Assembly (NCBI GenBank): GCA_034520565.1
Contig: JAXHNL010000002.1
Coordinates: 1,440,001-1,504,000 of the forward strand
Source of the DNA: Halodesulfurarchaeum sp.
GTDB taxonomy: Archaea; Halobacteriota; Halobacteria; Halobacteriales; Halobacteriaceae
Direction of reading: 5' to 3'
Length of the DNA stretch: 64,000 nt
The notes beneath the pieces were generated by a model. That model was not told the origin of the DNA. It saw only the letters and a list, made by a program, of their open reading frames with translations, and made no database searches. The position numbers and the translations under genes were made by a program. Positions 39,537-51,805 of this stretch are shown here, in pieces (positions within the stretch are counted from its first letter, which is position 1; every line of letters starts with the position of its first letter).

Positions 39537-42203
39537 GGTTTCAGCGCCTTTCGCTCCGGAACTTCAAGTGCTTTGCCGACGCGGACGTGGATCTCTCTAT
39601 CGGGGTGACCGTCGTCCACGGAATCAACGGTAGTGGCAAATCCTCGTTGCTCGAGGCCTGCTTTTTCGCCCTGTACGGGGCGACGGCCATCGAACGGACG
39701 CTCGAAGAGATCGTGACCATCGGGGCCGAGGAGTCCGAGGTCGACCTCTGGTTCACCCACGAAGGTGAGGAGTACCACCTCTATCGCCGGATCCGGGCGA
39801 CTGGCGAACGGGCGGCCACGGCCGATTGCACCCTCGAGGGATCCGAGGAGACACTGACTGGGGTCGGGGACGTCGAGGCCGAAGTTCGCTCGATGCTCCG
39901 GATGGACGCCGAGGCGTTCGTGAACTCCGCGTTCGTCCGCCAGGGGGAGATCAACAAGCTCATCGAGGCCAGCCCGGCCGACAGGAAGCGGATGATCGAT
40001 CGGCTGCTACAACTCGGCCGCCTCGAAACTTATCGGGAACGGGCGACGGAGGCTCGATTGGGCGTCGAAACGTTCATGGAGCGACGCGCAGGCCGACTCG
40101 ACTCACTCGAGGAGCAGATCGAGGGGAAAGACGAATCCGCGCTGTACGAACGACAGTCCACACTCGAAACGGAAATAACGGAACTCGAATCGCGGATCGA
40201 AGAACTCGAGACGGGTCGCGAGGAGGCGCGGGAGACCCGATCCGCAGGCCGAATCGATCCTCGAGGACCACGAGGAACGACAGGACGCTCTCGAAACGGT
40301 CACGGAGCGGATCGAGGATCTTCGCGAGCGAATCGCCGAAACCGAGCGTCGCCGCGAGCAGCTCGGAGACGCTATTGCCGACATCCGGGAGACGATCGCG
40401 GAGCAGGAAGCCACAGTCGAATCGACGGCCGCGGAATTCGACCTCGAAACCGCCGACCTCGAGGCAATCGACGCGGCGGTCGAAACCGCACGGGAGCAAA
40501 AAGCGGCGATCACGGAGGAGATCATGGACCTTCGTGAGGCGGTTCAGTCGGCCGAACACGAGGCCGAAACGGCTGCCGACCGCGTCGAGGAGCTGACCGA
40601 ACGGGCCGAATCGAAGCGGGAACGCGCCGACGCGCTCGCGGACGAACGGAAGGAACTCGAAGCGACGATCGAATCGGAACGTGACGAAATACGGGAGGCC
40701 GGTGAAGCGATCGCCGAGTATCGATCGTCGTTCGAGGACGCGCCGATCGAATTCGGCGAGGCTGCCGAGTTCATCGAGGAACGGACCGACGAACTAGATC
40801 GGGTCAGAGAGGAGGCGACCGAACTCCGCGAGGAAATCGCCACCGTGGAAAACACGATCGAGGAGGGCGAGGCGCTGCTTGCCGCCGGCAAGTGTCCGGA
40901 GTGTGGTCAGCCGGTCGACGGCTCGCCCCACGTGGAATCCTTGGACGAGGATCGCGAGCGACTGGCCGACCTCGAGGCGGAGTTGGCGTCCGTGACCGAA
41001 CGCCGCGAGTCGATCGAAGAGGAAATCGATTGGGCAAAACTTCTCCGCGAGCACGAGCGGGAAGTCGAACGGCTTCGCTCCACGGTCCAATCTCGCGGCG
41101 AGCGGGTGGCCGAAACGCTCGAAGCGGTCGAGGACCGAAACGACCGGGTCGAGAAACTCCGGACGGAGGCTGGAGAACTGGAAACGGAGGCCGTCGAAAC
41201 CGAGTCGGCAGTCGAGGAGGCGACAGACCGAGCGGCCGACCTTCGGACAGAGATCGGCGACCGAAACAAGACACAGAGCGAACACACCGATCGGATCCAG
41301 GATCTCGAAACGCTGCGCGAGTCCGTGATGCAGGTAACGGAGAGACGGGATGCAGTCGAGAGCCACACGGAAACCCGTGCCGACCTCGCGGATCGGAACG
41401 ACGAACGCCGAGAGACCCTCGCCAACCTGCGGGAACGAAAGCAGTCACTCGGCGAGACGATCGACGAGACGCGGGTCGAGCAGGCCCGGACGGAGAAACA
41501 GCGGGCCGAGGAATACCTCGAACAGGTCGCAGAGACGCTCGCGGAAACGCGGGCCGAACGTGACGAGTGCCAGAGCGAACTCGGAGCGGTCGCAAACGAA
41601 ATAGCGGAACTGAGAGGCCTGGAGGAACAGCGGAACGCCGTCGCGGAAACTGTCGATTCTCTCGAATCGTTGCACGAGGAACTCGCGGCGGTAGAAACGA
41701 TGTACGCCGATCTCCGGGCTGACCTCCGCCAGCAGAACGTCGAGCGACTCGAAGCCCTGCTCAACGAGAGTTTCGACCTCGTCTATCGAAACGACTCGTA
41801 TTCCCGGATCGAACTGGACGGGAACTACGAACTAACCGTCTACCAGAAAGACGGATCGCCCCTCGACCCGGACCAACTCTCCGGTGGCGAGCGCGCCCTG
41901 TTCAATCTCAGTCTCCGGGCCGCGATCTACCGGCTCCTCGTGGAAGGGATCGATGGTGCAGCCCCAATGCCACCGCTCATCCTCGACGAGCCGACCGTGT
42001 TTCTCGACAGCGGCCACGTCACCCAGCTCGTCTCCCTCGTCGACTCGATGCGGGCCCTCGGTGTCGAACAGATCATCGTCGTGAGCCACGACGAGGAACT
42101 CATCGGGGCGGCAGACGACCTCCTCCGTGTCGAAAAGGATCCCACGACGAACCGCTCCAGCGTCGAATCCGTCCGACCCGAACTTCCGGGGACCGCAGAC
42201 TGA
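39533..42203 (+). CDS. rad50: DNA repair ATPase Rad50 (frameshift at ~40240)
   Basis: Walker A GINGSGKSS, Q-loop VRQGE, zinc hook CPECG, LSGGE, LILDEPT, VVSHD. Confidence 0.95.
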
Positions 42204-42216
42204 GGCTGCACGCGAA

Positions 42217-42507
42217 TCAATTCGAAGGCGCCTCCCGGCGGTACCGCCAAACTGCCAGAACGAGGAGCAACGCACCCATTCCGGTGAGCAGGATTCCCCC
42301 GGCCAGCTTGGCGGTGAACGCGAGCAACACGAGTCCGGCACCCACTGCGAGCACGCCACCGTTGAGCAGGCCGGCCTGGAGGAGAAATTCGTGCCGGAGG
42401 CTCGCCTCCAGTTTGGCGGGGGCGAAGTCGCCAGAACCGTGTTCGAGCCCGTTTTCGGCTGGCCGGCCGCCGGGATCGCTCGACGATTCCTCCGTTGAAC
42501 GGCTCAC
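42217..42507 (-). CDS. Small two-TM membrane protein
   Basis: Two hydrophobic helices followed by WRYRR; usual position between rad50 and polB. Confidence 0.65.
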   Translation of the reverse strand: MSRSTEESSSDPGGRPAENGLEHGSGDFAPAKLEASLRHEFLLQAGLLNGGVLAVGAGLVLLAFTAKLAGGILLTGMGALLLVLAVWRYRREAPSN

Positions 42508-42578
42508 GAGTAACCCGGCGAGTGGACTCTCGTTAAGTGTTACTGGTCGAGGGCTCTCGATCGAGAAATCGACGACTG

Positions 42579-42589
42579 AAACAAAAAAA
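42579..42589 (-). terminator. T-tract terminator candidate
   Basis: TTTTTTTGTTT on the minus strand just after the stop at 42595. Confidence 0.45.
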
Positions 42590-42594
42590 CCCGA

Positions 42595-42777
42595 TCAGCG
42601 GTTCTCCGTGAGCGACTCGACGGCTGTGGACTGGATCCAGGCGAGGGGATTGTCGCCATCATAGAGGACGATGCCGTCCACTGTCTCGTAGGCCTCGATA
42701 TCATCCTCGACGGACTCACCGTCCGGTAGCTCCGGCACGTCGGCGCGTCGGTCCTCGCCTTTGGCGTGGTCGTCCAC
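42595..42777 (-). CDS. Small acidic haloarchaeal protein
   Basis: IEAYETVDGIVLYDGDNPLAWIQS motif; start uncertain. Confidence 0.7.
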   Translation of the reverse strand: MDDHAKGEDRRADVPELPDGESVEDDIEAYETVDGIVLYDGDNPLAWIQSTAVESLTENR

Positions 42778-42881
42778 AGGTGGCACCTCGTCATGTGGTA
42801 TGAAGTCACATGGTAAAGGCCTTTCCCCAACGGCGGGGAGTCCCGGACCACTTTTCAGGGACGGCCCCAATTCCTCTGGCA

Positions 42882-45567
42882 ATGACGAACGCGGACCTCA
42901 CGGAATTTGGCGGCTCCTCGGACCCGCCAGCGGAGCAGTCGACCGAGGGACGGGCAGCCGAAGCCCGGGCCGTGGCCGGAAACGCCGATCCGGTCGTGAC
43001 CGAGATCATCTCGGCGGAGGCAAACGCCTTGCCGACGGCCGAGGAACTGGTCGAACTGGCAGTCACGCAGGTGGATTATACGGTTGAGGGGTCCGGCGAA
43101 CACGAGCGACCGGTCATTCACGTGTTCGGTCGGACGAGCGAGGACGACCTCGAACACGTCCGGGTTCACGGGTTTCGACCGTACTTTTATGCCCCAACCG
43201 ACACCCTCGACGAGCGCGATTTTGCCCGGGACGCGATCACCGGGCACGAGGACGGGTTCGAGAGCATTCGGGGCGAATCGTTGACCCGCATCTACGCCCG
43301 GATCCCTCGGGACGTCGGCGCAATGCGGGACGAGTTCGAGCATTATGAGGCTGACATTCTCTTCCCGAACCGCTTCCTCGTGGACCGGGACATCACGAGT
43401 GGCGTCGCTGTCCCCCTCCGGCGGGGGGATGACGGCGCCATCTACGCGCACGCCGAGGAGGTCGATCCGGTCGAACTGAGTCCGAACCTGCGGGTCAACA
43501 CCTTCGACATCGAAGTCGACGATCGCTCGGGATTCCCCGAGGACGGTGAAGAACCCATTATTAGCATCTCGAGTCACGATTCCTACCGGGACGAGTACAT
43601 CACCTGGCTCACCGAGCCAGCGGATAGTTCGGCTCCTATCCCTGACGATCTGCCCGATCACGAGCCGCTCGCCGACGAGGGGTCGATCGAGGTCAGGACC
43701 TTCGGGGAAGAGGCGGCGATGCTCGAAGCGTTTCTCGACTACCTGGCGGAGACCGATCCGGACGTCCTGACGGGCTGGAATTTCGCGGACTTCGACGCGC
43801 CGTACCTGCTCGACAGGCTGGACGTCGTGGGTCTCGATCCGAACCGGCTCTCCCGCGTGAACGAAGTCTGGCGGAGCGACTGGCAGGGACCGAGCGTCAA
43901 GGGCCGGGTCGTCTTCGACCTGCTTTATGCCTACCAGCGCACCCAGTTTTCCGAACTGGACTCCTATCGACTCGAGGCAGTCGCCGAGGAGGAGGTCGGC
44001 GTGGGCAAGGAACGGTATACCGGCGACATCGGCGACCTCTGGGAGGACGATCCGGAGCGGCTTCTGGAATACAACCTCCGGGACGTGGAACTCTGTGTGG
44101 AGATCGATCGTCGCCAGAACATCATCGACTTCTGGGAGGAGGTCGCGGAGTTCGTCGGCTGCAAACTTGAGGACGCGACGACACCGGGAGACGCCGTGGA
44201 CATGTACGTTCTCCACAAGGTGTTCGGGGAGTTTGCCGTCCCGTCAAAGGGCCAGCAGGCAAGCGAGGATTACGAAGGAGGAGCCGTCTTCGATCCGATT
44301 ACCGGCGTCAGGGAGATGGTGACGGTCCTCGATCTGAAGAGCCTGTATCCGATGTGCATGGTGACAATCAACGCCTCGCCGGAGACGAAAGTCGATCCTG
44401 AAACCTACGACGGGGACACCTACCGTGCGCCGAACGGGACTCACTTTCGAACCGAGCCGGACGGCATCATCCGCGAAATGGTCACCGAACTCCTCTCCGA
44501 ACGGGAGGAGAAGAAGGCACTGCGAAACGAGCACGATCCCGAGAGCGACGAATACCGGCTTTACGACCAGCAACAGGCCGCCGTGAAGGTCATCATGAAC
44601 TCACTCTACGGCGTCCTGGGCTGGGAGCGGTTCCGCCTCTACGACAAGGAGATGGGGGCTGCGGTTACGGCGACGGGTCGAGCGGTCATCGAATTCACGG
44701 AACAGGCTGCAAACGAGCGGGGACTGGAGGTCATCTACGGCGACACCGATTCGGTCATGCTCGAACTCGGCGAGGACGTCTCCGTCGAGGAAGCCATCGA
44801 AAAATCCCACGCCCTCGAAGCGTACATCAACGACTCCTACGACGAGTTCGCGAAGTCCGAACTCGACGCAGACGAACATCGCTTCGAGATCGAGTTCGAA
44901 AAGCTCTATCGACGCTTCTTCCAGGCGGGCAAGAAGAAGCGATACGCCGGGCACATCGTCTGGAAGGAGGGCAAGGCGGTCGATGACATCGACATAACCG
45001 GGTTCGAGTACAAGCGCTCGGACATCGCCCCGATAACGAAGGAGGTCCAGAAGGACGTCATCGAGCGCAATCGTGACCGAGGGTGACATCGTGGGCGTCA
45101 AGGAGTACGTCCACGAGGTGATCGAGGACTATCAGGCCGGCCAGGTGAGTCTCGACGACGTCGGCATCCCGGGCGGGATCGGCAAGCGGCTCGACGATTA
45201 CGAGACCGACACGGCTCACGTCCGCGGAGCGAAGTACGCAAACCTCCTGTTGGGAACGAATTTCACCCGCGGGAGCAAACCGAAGCGCCTCTATCTGAAG
45301 AAGGTTCATCCAAGCTTCTGGCGGCGGATCGAATCCGAGAACCCGGACATGGAGACCGACCAACGGTACCTCGAATTCAAGCGGGACCCCGACGTGATCT
45401 GTTATGAGTACGCAGATCAGCTCCCGGAGGAGTTCGAAATCGACTGGCCCAAGATGCTCGAAAAAACCCTCAGGGGCCCGATATCTCGCGTTCTCGAGGC
45501 ACTCGAAATTTCCTGGGAGGAGGTTCGGGACGGGCAAACCCAGACCGGTCTCGGTCAGTATATGTAA
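42882..45567 (+). CDS. polB: Family B DNA polymerase (frameshift at ~45065), intein-free
   Basis: Exonuclease FDIEV, GWN..FD; polymerase DLKSLYP, KVIMNSLYG, YGDTDS, KKRY; C-terminal PIP-like QTGLGQYM. Confidence 0.96.
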
Positions 45568-45580
45568 CTCGGGGGACGGA

Positions 45581-47350
45581 TTAGGCGGCCTTGGGCAATC
45601 GAATCCGGACGATCGATCCCTCCGGCTTGTTCTCGTCGAATTCGAGTTCGCCTCGTGATTCTTCGACGATCCAGTGGACGACCCACAGGCCGAGACCACT
45701 GGTATGTTCGAGACTCGACTCGATGCCCTGCTCGAGGGGCTCGACTTCTGCCTCGGGTATCCCGGGGCCATTGTCCGTGACTTCGACGGTTGCGACGTCG
45801 TCGTCGGCCGGATAGCTGACGGTGACCGAAACCTGCCTTTCCTCGGCGTCGTTGTGAACGATCGCGTTACTGCAGAGTTCGGAGAGTGCTTCATCGAGGC
45901 TGGCCGAGGCCCGCACGGGAGCCGACTTCGGAACGTCGAACGTGACAGTCGCGTTGGGATTTTCGTTCCGACAGCTGAGTGCGCTCGCCGGAACGAGTTC
46001 GGCGAGATCGACGACCTCCGTTTGCGGTTCCGTGTTTTTCCATGCCCCCTCCATGTAGCGCGCGTTTTCGCCCAGTCGGTAGAGCCGGTTCGCCTCCGAC
46101 CGGATCGTTTCGAGTATCCGGGTTACCGACCCTCGTGAGTTTAGTGCCAGCTCTGCGTTGCCCCGGATGATGCTCACTGCGGACCGAATGTCGTGGCGCA
46201 AAATGCGATTGACCACCGACAGTCGCTCTTTGAGTTCGATGCGATCGGTGATATCAGTCTGAATGGCGACGTAGGCCGTGATCGTCCCGTTTTTCCGTAT
46301 CGGTGCGATGGTCTGTTGAGCGTGATACAGCTTGCCGGACTTCCGCTGGTTGATCACCTCTTCGTTCCATATCTTTCCAGCTTTGAGGTGCGCCCAGAGT
46401 TCCGCGTAGTGGTCGTCGCTCATCTCGCCGGACTTCATGATTTTCGGGGTGTTGCCCACGGCCTCGGAAGACGAGTACCCAGTCACGGTTTCGAAGGCAG
46501 GATTGACGTATTCGATCGTGGCGTCGGTATCGGTGATGTAAATCGCGTGACCCGAAGCATCGACTGCCCGTTTCATTCGATGCCACTCGCGTTCGCGCTC
46601 TTTCCGTTCGGAGATGTCTCTGGCGACGAGAAGGACACCTTCGATCCCGTCGATTTCGGGGCGGTGGACCCCGGTGGTCTCGATCCACGTCCACTCGCCA
46701 TCGGCCGTTCGGAATCGTGCTTCGATCGATCCGAAGTCGGACGACTCGACGACCAACTGGTTGAAGGCGGCAGCCACTTCTTCGACGTCGTCCGGATGGA
46801 TCAAATCGAGGGTTTCGGTTCCCGTCAACTGGGCGGGCTTGTAACCGAAAATCTTCTCGACTGCCGGGCTGACGTATTCGATTACGCCCCGCTCGTTGAA
46901 CAGCGCAATGACGTCCCCGGAGTGTTCGACCAAGGACCGGAAGCGCTTCAGCTCCCGCTCGTCGTTCTTGCGGTCGGTGATCTCCCGATCGATGGCCGAA
47001 AATCCGGCAACGGACCCATTTTCGTCGTACTGGGGGAGTTTGTGGATCGAATACCAGTGGAGGGACCCGTCCGGATGTGTCACTTCTCGCTCGCGACCGA
47101 CGACCCGGTTCCCGCTGAGGGCCCGTTCTTCGTCCGTGACGATTTCTCTCGCCTCGTCCTCGGGCCAGAGATCCCAGGCGGTCCGTCCGAGAAGCGACTC
47201 CGTCTCGTCGCCGAAGATGTTAGCGTAGCTCTCCCCGTAGTAGACCAGTTCGTGGTCCGTGTCTTTGAAATAGACGAGGTCGGGGGAGGTCTCGACCACG
47301 GATTCGAGAAGCTCTCGGTAGAACGATTCGTCCCGTCGGTCCGTGGTCAT
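45581..47350 (-). CDS. Cytoplasmic triple-PAS sensor histidine kinase
   Basis: PAS ends REIT, RDIS, TDIT; H-box RILRHDIRS, N-box ELCSNAIVH, DNGPGI, HTSGLGLW. Confidence 0.92.
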   Translation of the reverse strand: MTTDRRDESFYRELLESVVETSPDLVYFKDTDHELVYYGESYANIFGDETESLLGRTAWDLWPEDEAREIVTDEERALSGNRVVGREREVTHPDGSLHWYSIHKLPQYDENGSVAGFSAIDREITDRKNDERELKRFRSLVEHSGDVIALFNERGVIEYVSPAVEKIFGYKPAQLTGTETLDLIHPDDVEEVAAAFNQLVVESSDFGSIEARFRTADGEWTWIETTGVHRPEIDGIEGVLLVARDISERKEREREWHRMKRAVDASGHAIYITDTDATIEYVNPAFETVTGYSSSEAVGNTPKIMKSGEMSDDHYAELWAHLKAGKIWNEEVINQRKSGKLYHAQQTIAPIRKNGTITAYVAIQTDITDRIELKERLSVVNRILRHDIRSAVSIIRGNAELALNSRGSVTRILETIRSEANRLYRLGENARYMEGAWKNTEPQTEVVDLAELVPASALSCRNENPNATVTFDVPKSAPVRASASLDEALSELCSNAIVHNDAEERQVSVTVSYPADDDVATVEVTDNGPGIPEAEVEPLEQGIESSLEHTSGLGLWVVHWIVEESRGELEFDENKPEGSIVRIRLPKAA

Positions 47351-47875
47351 CTGCTCGGGTGGTGGATAGATACCGCTAAAAGGTTTCTCATCCGTCGAAT
47401 TTGTGTGGAAAGCGGTACTCAGATGAGCCCGCTGTTGGTGGCTCCAATACATCGAACCTCATGGATTGGAGTCGAACGCGGCACACTTGTCTAGCCGGAA
47501 GCGGTCGGTTTCGGCGATCAATGAGTGATTTTGGCTGGCGGCGGTAACCACTCTTTTCGGCGATTACCCCCGGTTTGGTAACGCTCCCTGGGCCGTACCG
47601 CTCCGTAAAGGGCTCGCCGTCTTCGGGCCCGAACTCGGTTCGAACCGTCGTCGGATCGTCGACGATGGCGGCTTCCTTCTTGCAAACGTCGGCCACGATA
47701 AGCGTTCGACCGCCGAATTATCCAATATTTGTCATAGTTTACGTTCCGTTTCGGCGGGCTTGAGAATCGGTGAACCGGAACCGTAAGCCCGGCTCAATGC
47801 GTTCGAAATGTCGGTTGGCCGCCGGATGCGCAAGCATTAAACGTTTCTCAGCCGTTATTTAGGATGACCTAATCA

Positions 47876-48773
47876 ATGGCGACAATCGAACTCGAGAACG
47901 TACACGCGACGGTAACGGACGGGGACGAGCAGATCCTCAAGGGCGTCGATCTCGAAGTGGCTTCAAACGAGATTCATGCGCTCATGGGGCCGAACGGAAG
48001 CGGGAAATCGACGACTGCGAAAGTCATCGCGGGCCACCCGGCGTATACGGTCACGGAGGGCGAAATTCTTCTCCACCTCGAAGCGGATGACTTCCCGGAC
48101 GTCGAGATCCCGGAGGACAAGCGCACGTGGAGCCTGCTCGACCTCGAACCCCACGAGCGGGCTGCACTCGGCATCTACCTTGGCTTCCAGTATCCCGTCG
48201 AGATCGAAGGCGTGACCCTGTCGAATTTCCTCAGGACCGCGCTCAACGCAAAGCTCGAAGAGCGGGATGAACTGCTCTTCGGTGAAGACGACGAGGAGGA
48301 CGACGAGGACGGGTACGAGACGGACCCGCGAGAGGGCCCACAGGACGAGGGACCCGTCAGCGTCGACGAATTCCACGACCTCCTCCAGGAAAATGGAACT
48401 CCTCGACATGGACGGGAGTTTCGCGCGCAGGTACCTCAACGTCGGTTTCTCCGGCGGGGAGAAAAAACAAAACGAGGTCTTACAGGCTGCCCTCCTCGAG
48501 CCGGTGGTCGCGGTCCTCGACGAGATCGACTCCGGGCTCGACATCGACCGGCTCCAGGACGTTTCGAAGGGGATCAACGCCCTGCGGGACGAGCAGGGAA
48601 CCGGCGTGCTGCAGATCACGCACTATCAGCGGATCCTCGATTACGTCGAGCCGGACCAGGTCCACATCATGCTCGACGGCGAAATCGTGATGGAGGGCGA
48701 CGCCCAGCTCGCGAAGGACCTCGAGGACCACGGGTACGACTGGGTACGCGACCAGGTCTACGGGGCGGCATAA
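47876..48773 (+). CDS. sufC: Fe-S assembly ATPase SufC (frameshift at ~48390)
   Basis: [41 protein letters not shown]. Confidence 0.95.
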
Positions 48774-48785
48774 GGTGATATCCCA

Positions 48786-50213
48786 ATGAGTTCAGATTCA
48801 AACCTCGAGGACGCCGACACGGAGAAGCGATTCGAGTTCAAAAAGGAGCAGTCCTCGGCCTTCGAGTCCAAGATCGGACTCAACGAGGAGACGGTTCGGG
48901 TCATCTCCGAGGACAAGGACGAACCCGAGTGGATGCTCGAACGCCGTCTCAAGTCCCTCGAGCACTACAAGAACATGCCGATGCCGACGGACTGGCCGGG
49001 ACAACCGGATCTGTCGGGATTGGACGTCGAGAAAATCATCCCGTACATTCGTCCGGACGTCGAGACCCGCGGCGAAGCCGAAAGCTGGGAGGACCTCCCG
49101 GACGAAATCCAGGACACCTTCGACAAACTCGGCATCCCCGAGGCCGAAAAGGAGGCGCTCTCGGGCGTCGGCGCTCAGTACGAGTCCGAGGTCGTCTACC
49201 AGAACATGAAAGAACAGTGGGAGAAGAAGGGGGTCATCTTCATGAACATGGACCGGGCCGTCCAGGAGCACCCGGAAATCGTGAAGGAGTACTTCATGAC
49301 CAAGGCCGTCCCACCGAGCGACAACAAGTTCGCCGCCCTGCACGGGGCGGTCTGGTCCGGTGGCTCGTTCGTGTACATTCCCGAAGACGTCGCCGTGGAG
49401 ATGCCGGTCCAGGCTTACTTCCGGATGAATTCGGAGGGGATGGGCCAGTTCGAGCACACCCTCATCGTCGCCGAACCCGGTTCCGAGGTCCACTACATCG
49501 AAGGCTGCTCGGCCCCGCAGTACGCCACACACAACCTTCACTCGGGGGCCGTCGAGGTCTTCGTGAAGGAGGACGCGCACGTCCAGTACTCCACGGTGCA
49601 AAACTGGTCGAAGAACACCTACAACCTGAACACGAAGCGGGCCCACGTCGACGGGAACGGCACGATGGAGTGGATTTCGGGCAGTATGGGGTCGAAGGCC
49701 ACCATGCTTTACCCGTGTTCGATCCTCAAGGGTGAAGGAGCGACCGACACCCACATCACGATCGCCTTCGCCGGCGAAGGTCAGGACATCGACACCGGAG
49801 CGAAGGTCTACCACACCGCTCCGAACACCAAGTCCACGATCGAGTCCAAGTCCATCAGCAAGGACGGCGGCCGGACGAACTACCGCGGCCTGGTCCACAT
49901 CGGCAACGGCGCCGAGAACTCCTCGACGAGTGTGGAGTGTGACGCCCTGATGTTCGACAACGAGTCAACCTCCGACACCATGCCGTACATGGAGATCAAC
50001 GAGTCGAAGGTGGACGTCGCCCACGAGGCCACGGTCGGCAAGATCGGCGACGAGGACGTCTTCTATCTCCAATCCCGCGGCCTGGACGACGACGACGCGA
50101 AGAAGATGATCGTCGCCGGCTTCATCGAGCCGATCACGGAGGAACTGCCACTCGAGTACGCGGTCGAACTGAACCGCCTGATCGAACTCGAAATGGAGGG
50201 CAGTCTCGGATGA
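48786..50213 (+). CDS. sufB: Fe-S assembly protein SufB
   Basis: GAQYESE, WSGGSF, QFEHTL, YIEGCSAP, CDAL, HEATVG. Confidence 0.97.
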   Translation: MSSDSNLEDADTEKRFEFKKEQSSAFESKIGLNEETVRVISEDKDEPEWMLERRLKSLEHYKNMPMPTDWPGQPDLSGLDVEKIIPYIRPDVETRGEAESWEDLPDEIQDTFDKLGIPEAEKEALSGVGAQYESEVVYQNMKEQWEKKGVIFMNMDRAVQEHPEIVKEYFMTKAVPPSDNKFAALHGAVWSGGSFVYIPEDVAVEMPVQAYFRMNSEGMGQFEHTLIVAEPGSEVHYIEGCSAPQYATHNLHSGAVEVFVKEDAHVQYSTVQNWSKNTYNLNTKRAHVDGNGTMEWISGSMGSKATMLYPCSILKGEGATDTHITIAFAGEGQDIDTGAKVYHTAPNTKSTIESKSISKDGGRTNYRGLVHIGNGAENSSTSVECDALMFDNESTSDTMPYMEINESKVDVAHEATVGKIGDEDVFYLQSRGLDDDDAKKMIVAGFIEPITEELPLEYAVELNRLIELEMEGSLG

Positions 50214-51424
50214 GCACGACGGAAGTCTTCCGCGAAGCGGTCGATCGCGGGACGGTCGAAGCGGTCGCCGAGCAGTTCGACGAGCCCGACTGGCTGGTCG
50301 AAACACGGCTCTCCGCTCTCGAAGCCCTGGAGGACCTCGAATTCCCGCCGGTCATCCAGACGCCGGGTCGAAAGTGGACCGACCTCGAGAGCCTCGATTT
50401 CGAGGCGCTCGTCGATCCGTTGTCTCAGCCGGTCGAGACGAGCCGAACGACGGTCGAAGGGGCGACCGTCAGCTCGATTCCGGAGTTCCTCGAAGCGGAA
50501 CCCGAGCTGTTCGAGGCGTACTACGGGTCGGTCATCGATCCGGAAGCAAACCGGCTCGTGGCACTCGGGACGGCCCTCCGCTCGGGCGGAACGGTCGTTC
50601 ACGTTCCCGAGGGCGTCGATGCTGGCACCGTCGAGATCGAATCGACGATGAACGGTCGATCGCTCCTCGAATACACGCTCGTCATTGCGGAGCCGAACAG
50701 TTCGGTGACCGTCGCGGACCGGCGATCGTCCGGCGAGGGCGTCGACGAATCCCGCTACTTCGGCGGGACCGTCGAGATCGTCGCCGAGGAGAACGCGACG
50801 GTGAACTACGGTTCACTCCAGCAGTTCGACGACCACACGTACGCCTACACGAAGTCACAGGGCCGGGCGGAAACCTATGCCACCGTCAACTGGCTCGAGG
50901 GCAATCTGGGTGCTCAGTTGCGAAAGTCCGAGGTCGGCACGACGCTGGCCGGTGACGGCTCCGAGACGAAAACAGTCGGCGCGTTTTTCGGCCGTGGGAA
51001 ACAGCATTTCGACCTCGACGCTCGCGTTTGGCACCGGGCCGAGCACACGACGGCCGATCTGGTAACCCGTGGCGTCGTCGACGATCGCGCTCGGTCGGTC
51101 TACGAGGGGACCCAGGACGTCGGCAAGGACGCCTGGGACACGAGTTCGTATCAGCGAGAAAACACCCTGATGCTATCCGATAGGAGTGAGGCGGACGCAT
51201 CACCGAAACTCATCATCAACAACCACGACACGGAAGCGTCCCACTCGGCGACGGTCGGACAGGTCGACGAGCTGGATCTCTTCTACATGACATCACGTGG
51301 TGTTCCGGAACAAAGGGCTCGAAACATGCTCGTGGAGGGCTTTTTCGTCCCGGTCCTCGAGGAGATGGACGTCGAGTCGGTGCGAACGGACTTCGAAGCC
51401 GGTGTCGCGGCTCGACTCGAGTAG
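50210..51424 (+). CDS. sufD: Fe-S assembly protein SufD
   Basis: SufBD beta-helix, PKLII, ASHSATVGQVD..LFYMTSRG. Confidence 0.93.
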   Translation: MSTTEVFREAVDRGTVEAVAEQFDEPDWLVETRLSALEALEDLEFPPVIQTPGRKWTDLESLDFEALVDPLSQPVETSRTTVEGATVSSIPEFLEAEPELFEAYYGSVIDPEANRLVALGTALRSGGTVVHVPEGVDAGTVEIESTMNGRSLLEYTLVIAEPNSSVTVADRRSSGEGVDESRYFGGTVEIVAEENATVNYGSLQQFDDHTYAYTKSQGRAETYATVNWLEGNLGAQLRKSEVGTTLAGDGSETKTVGAFFGRGKQHFDLDARVWHRAEHTTADLVTRGVVDDRARSVYEGTQDVGKDAWDTSSYQRENTLMLSDRSEADASPKLIINNHDTEASHSATVGQVDELDLFYMTSRGVPEQRARNMLVEGFFVPVLEEMDVESVRTDFEAGVAARLE

Positions 51425-51477
51425 ACCCGAATCGAAGCCGTCACACCTTTATTCGGTTCAGTCGAATTGCGGGTCGA

Positions 51478-51550
51478 AGTCCCGTGGTGTAGCGGCCAAT
51501 CATAGTGGCCTTTGGAGCCACTGACGGCGGTTCGAATCCGCCCGGGACTA
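51478..51550 (+). tRNA. trnQ: tRNA-Gln(TTG)
   Basis: AGTCCCGTGGTGTAGCGGCCAATCATAGTGGCCTTTGGAGCCACTGACGGCGGTTCGAATCCGCCCGGGACTA; TTTATT box at 51448-51453. Confidence 0.97.
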
Positions 51551-51645
51551 TTTTCTCGTAACGGAAGGTGAGCGAGATGCCCCGGGATTCGTCGGTCCAG
51601 GAAACGAGTGAAGCGCGTTTTCGCGGTTCGCATTCACCCGAGACC
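51551..51645 (+). repeat. tRNA-Gln 3'-end duplication module with hairpins
   Basis: gcggttcgcattcacccgagacc (51623-51645) vs tRNA gcggttcgaatccgcccgggact, 18/23 identical; antisense GGATTCG at 51585-51591. Confidence 0.65.
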
Positions 51646-51805
51646 GTATATCTCCGACATCGAGTCCACCTGGAACTGTAATTCCGTTGGCGCCCTCCGA
51701 ATTCTGGACCAGGAATTTGCCCAGAAAGCCATGACGAACGAACTGGACACCAACATGTGTCACTGTTTCACAAATCATTTCCTCTTGGAAATACAATCGA
51801 TTGAT

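Noticed and set aside
42882-45567. Split polB or an intein in polB
   Set aside because: The DLKSLYP, NSLYG and YGDTDS motifs are contiguous, so there is no intein. The break at ~45065 is a single-indel frameshift.
47388-47696. 102-aa ORF between the PAS kinase and sufC
   Set aside because: Its C-terminal half is basic and non-halophilic and it has no recognisable motif, so support is insufficient.
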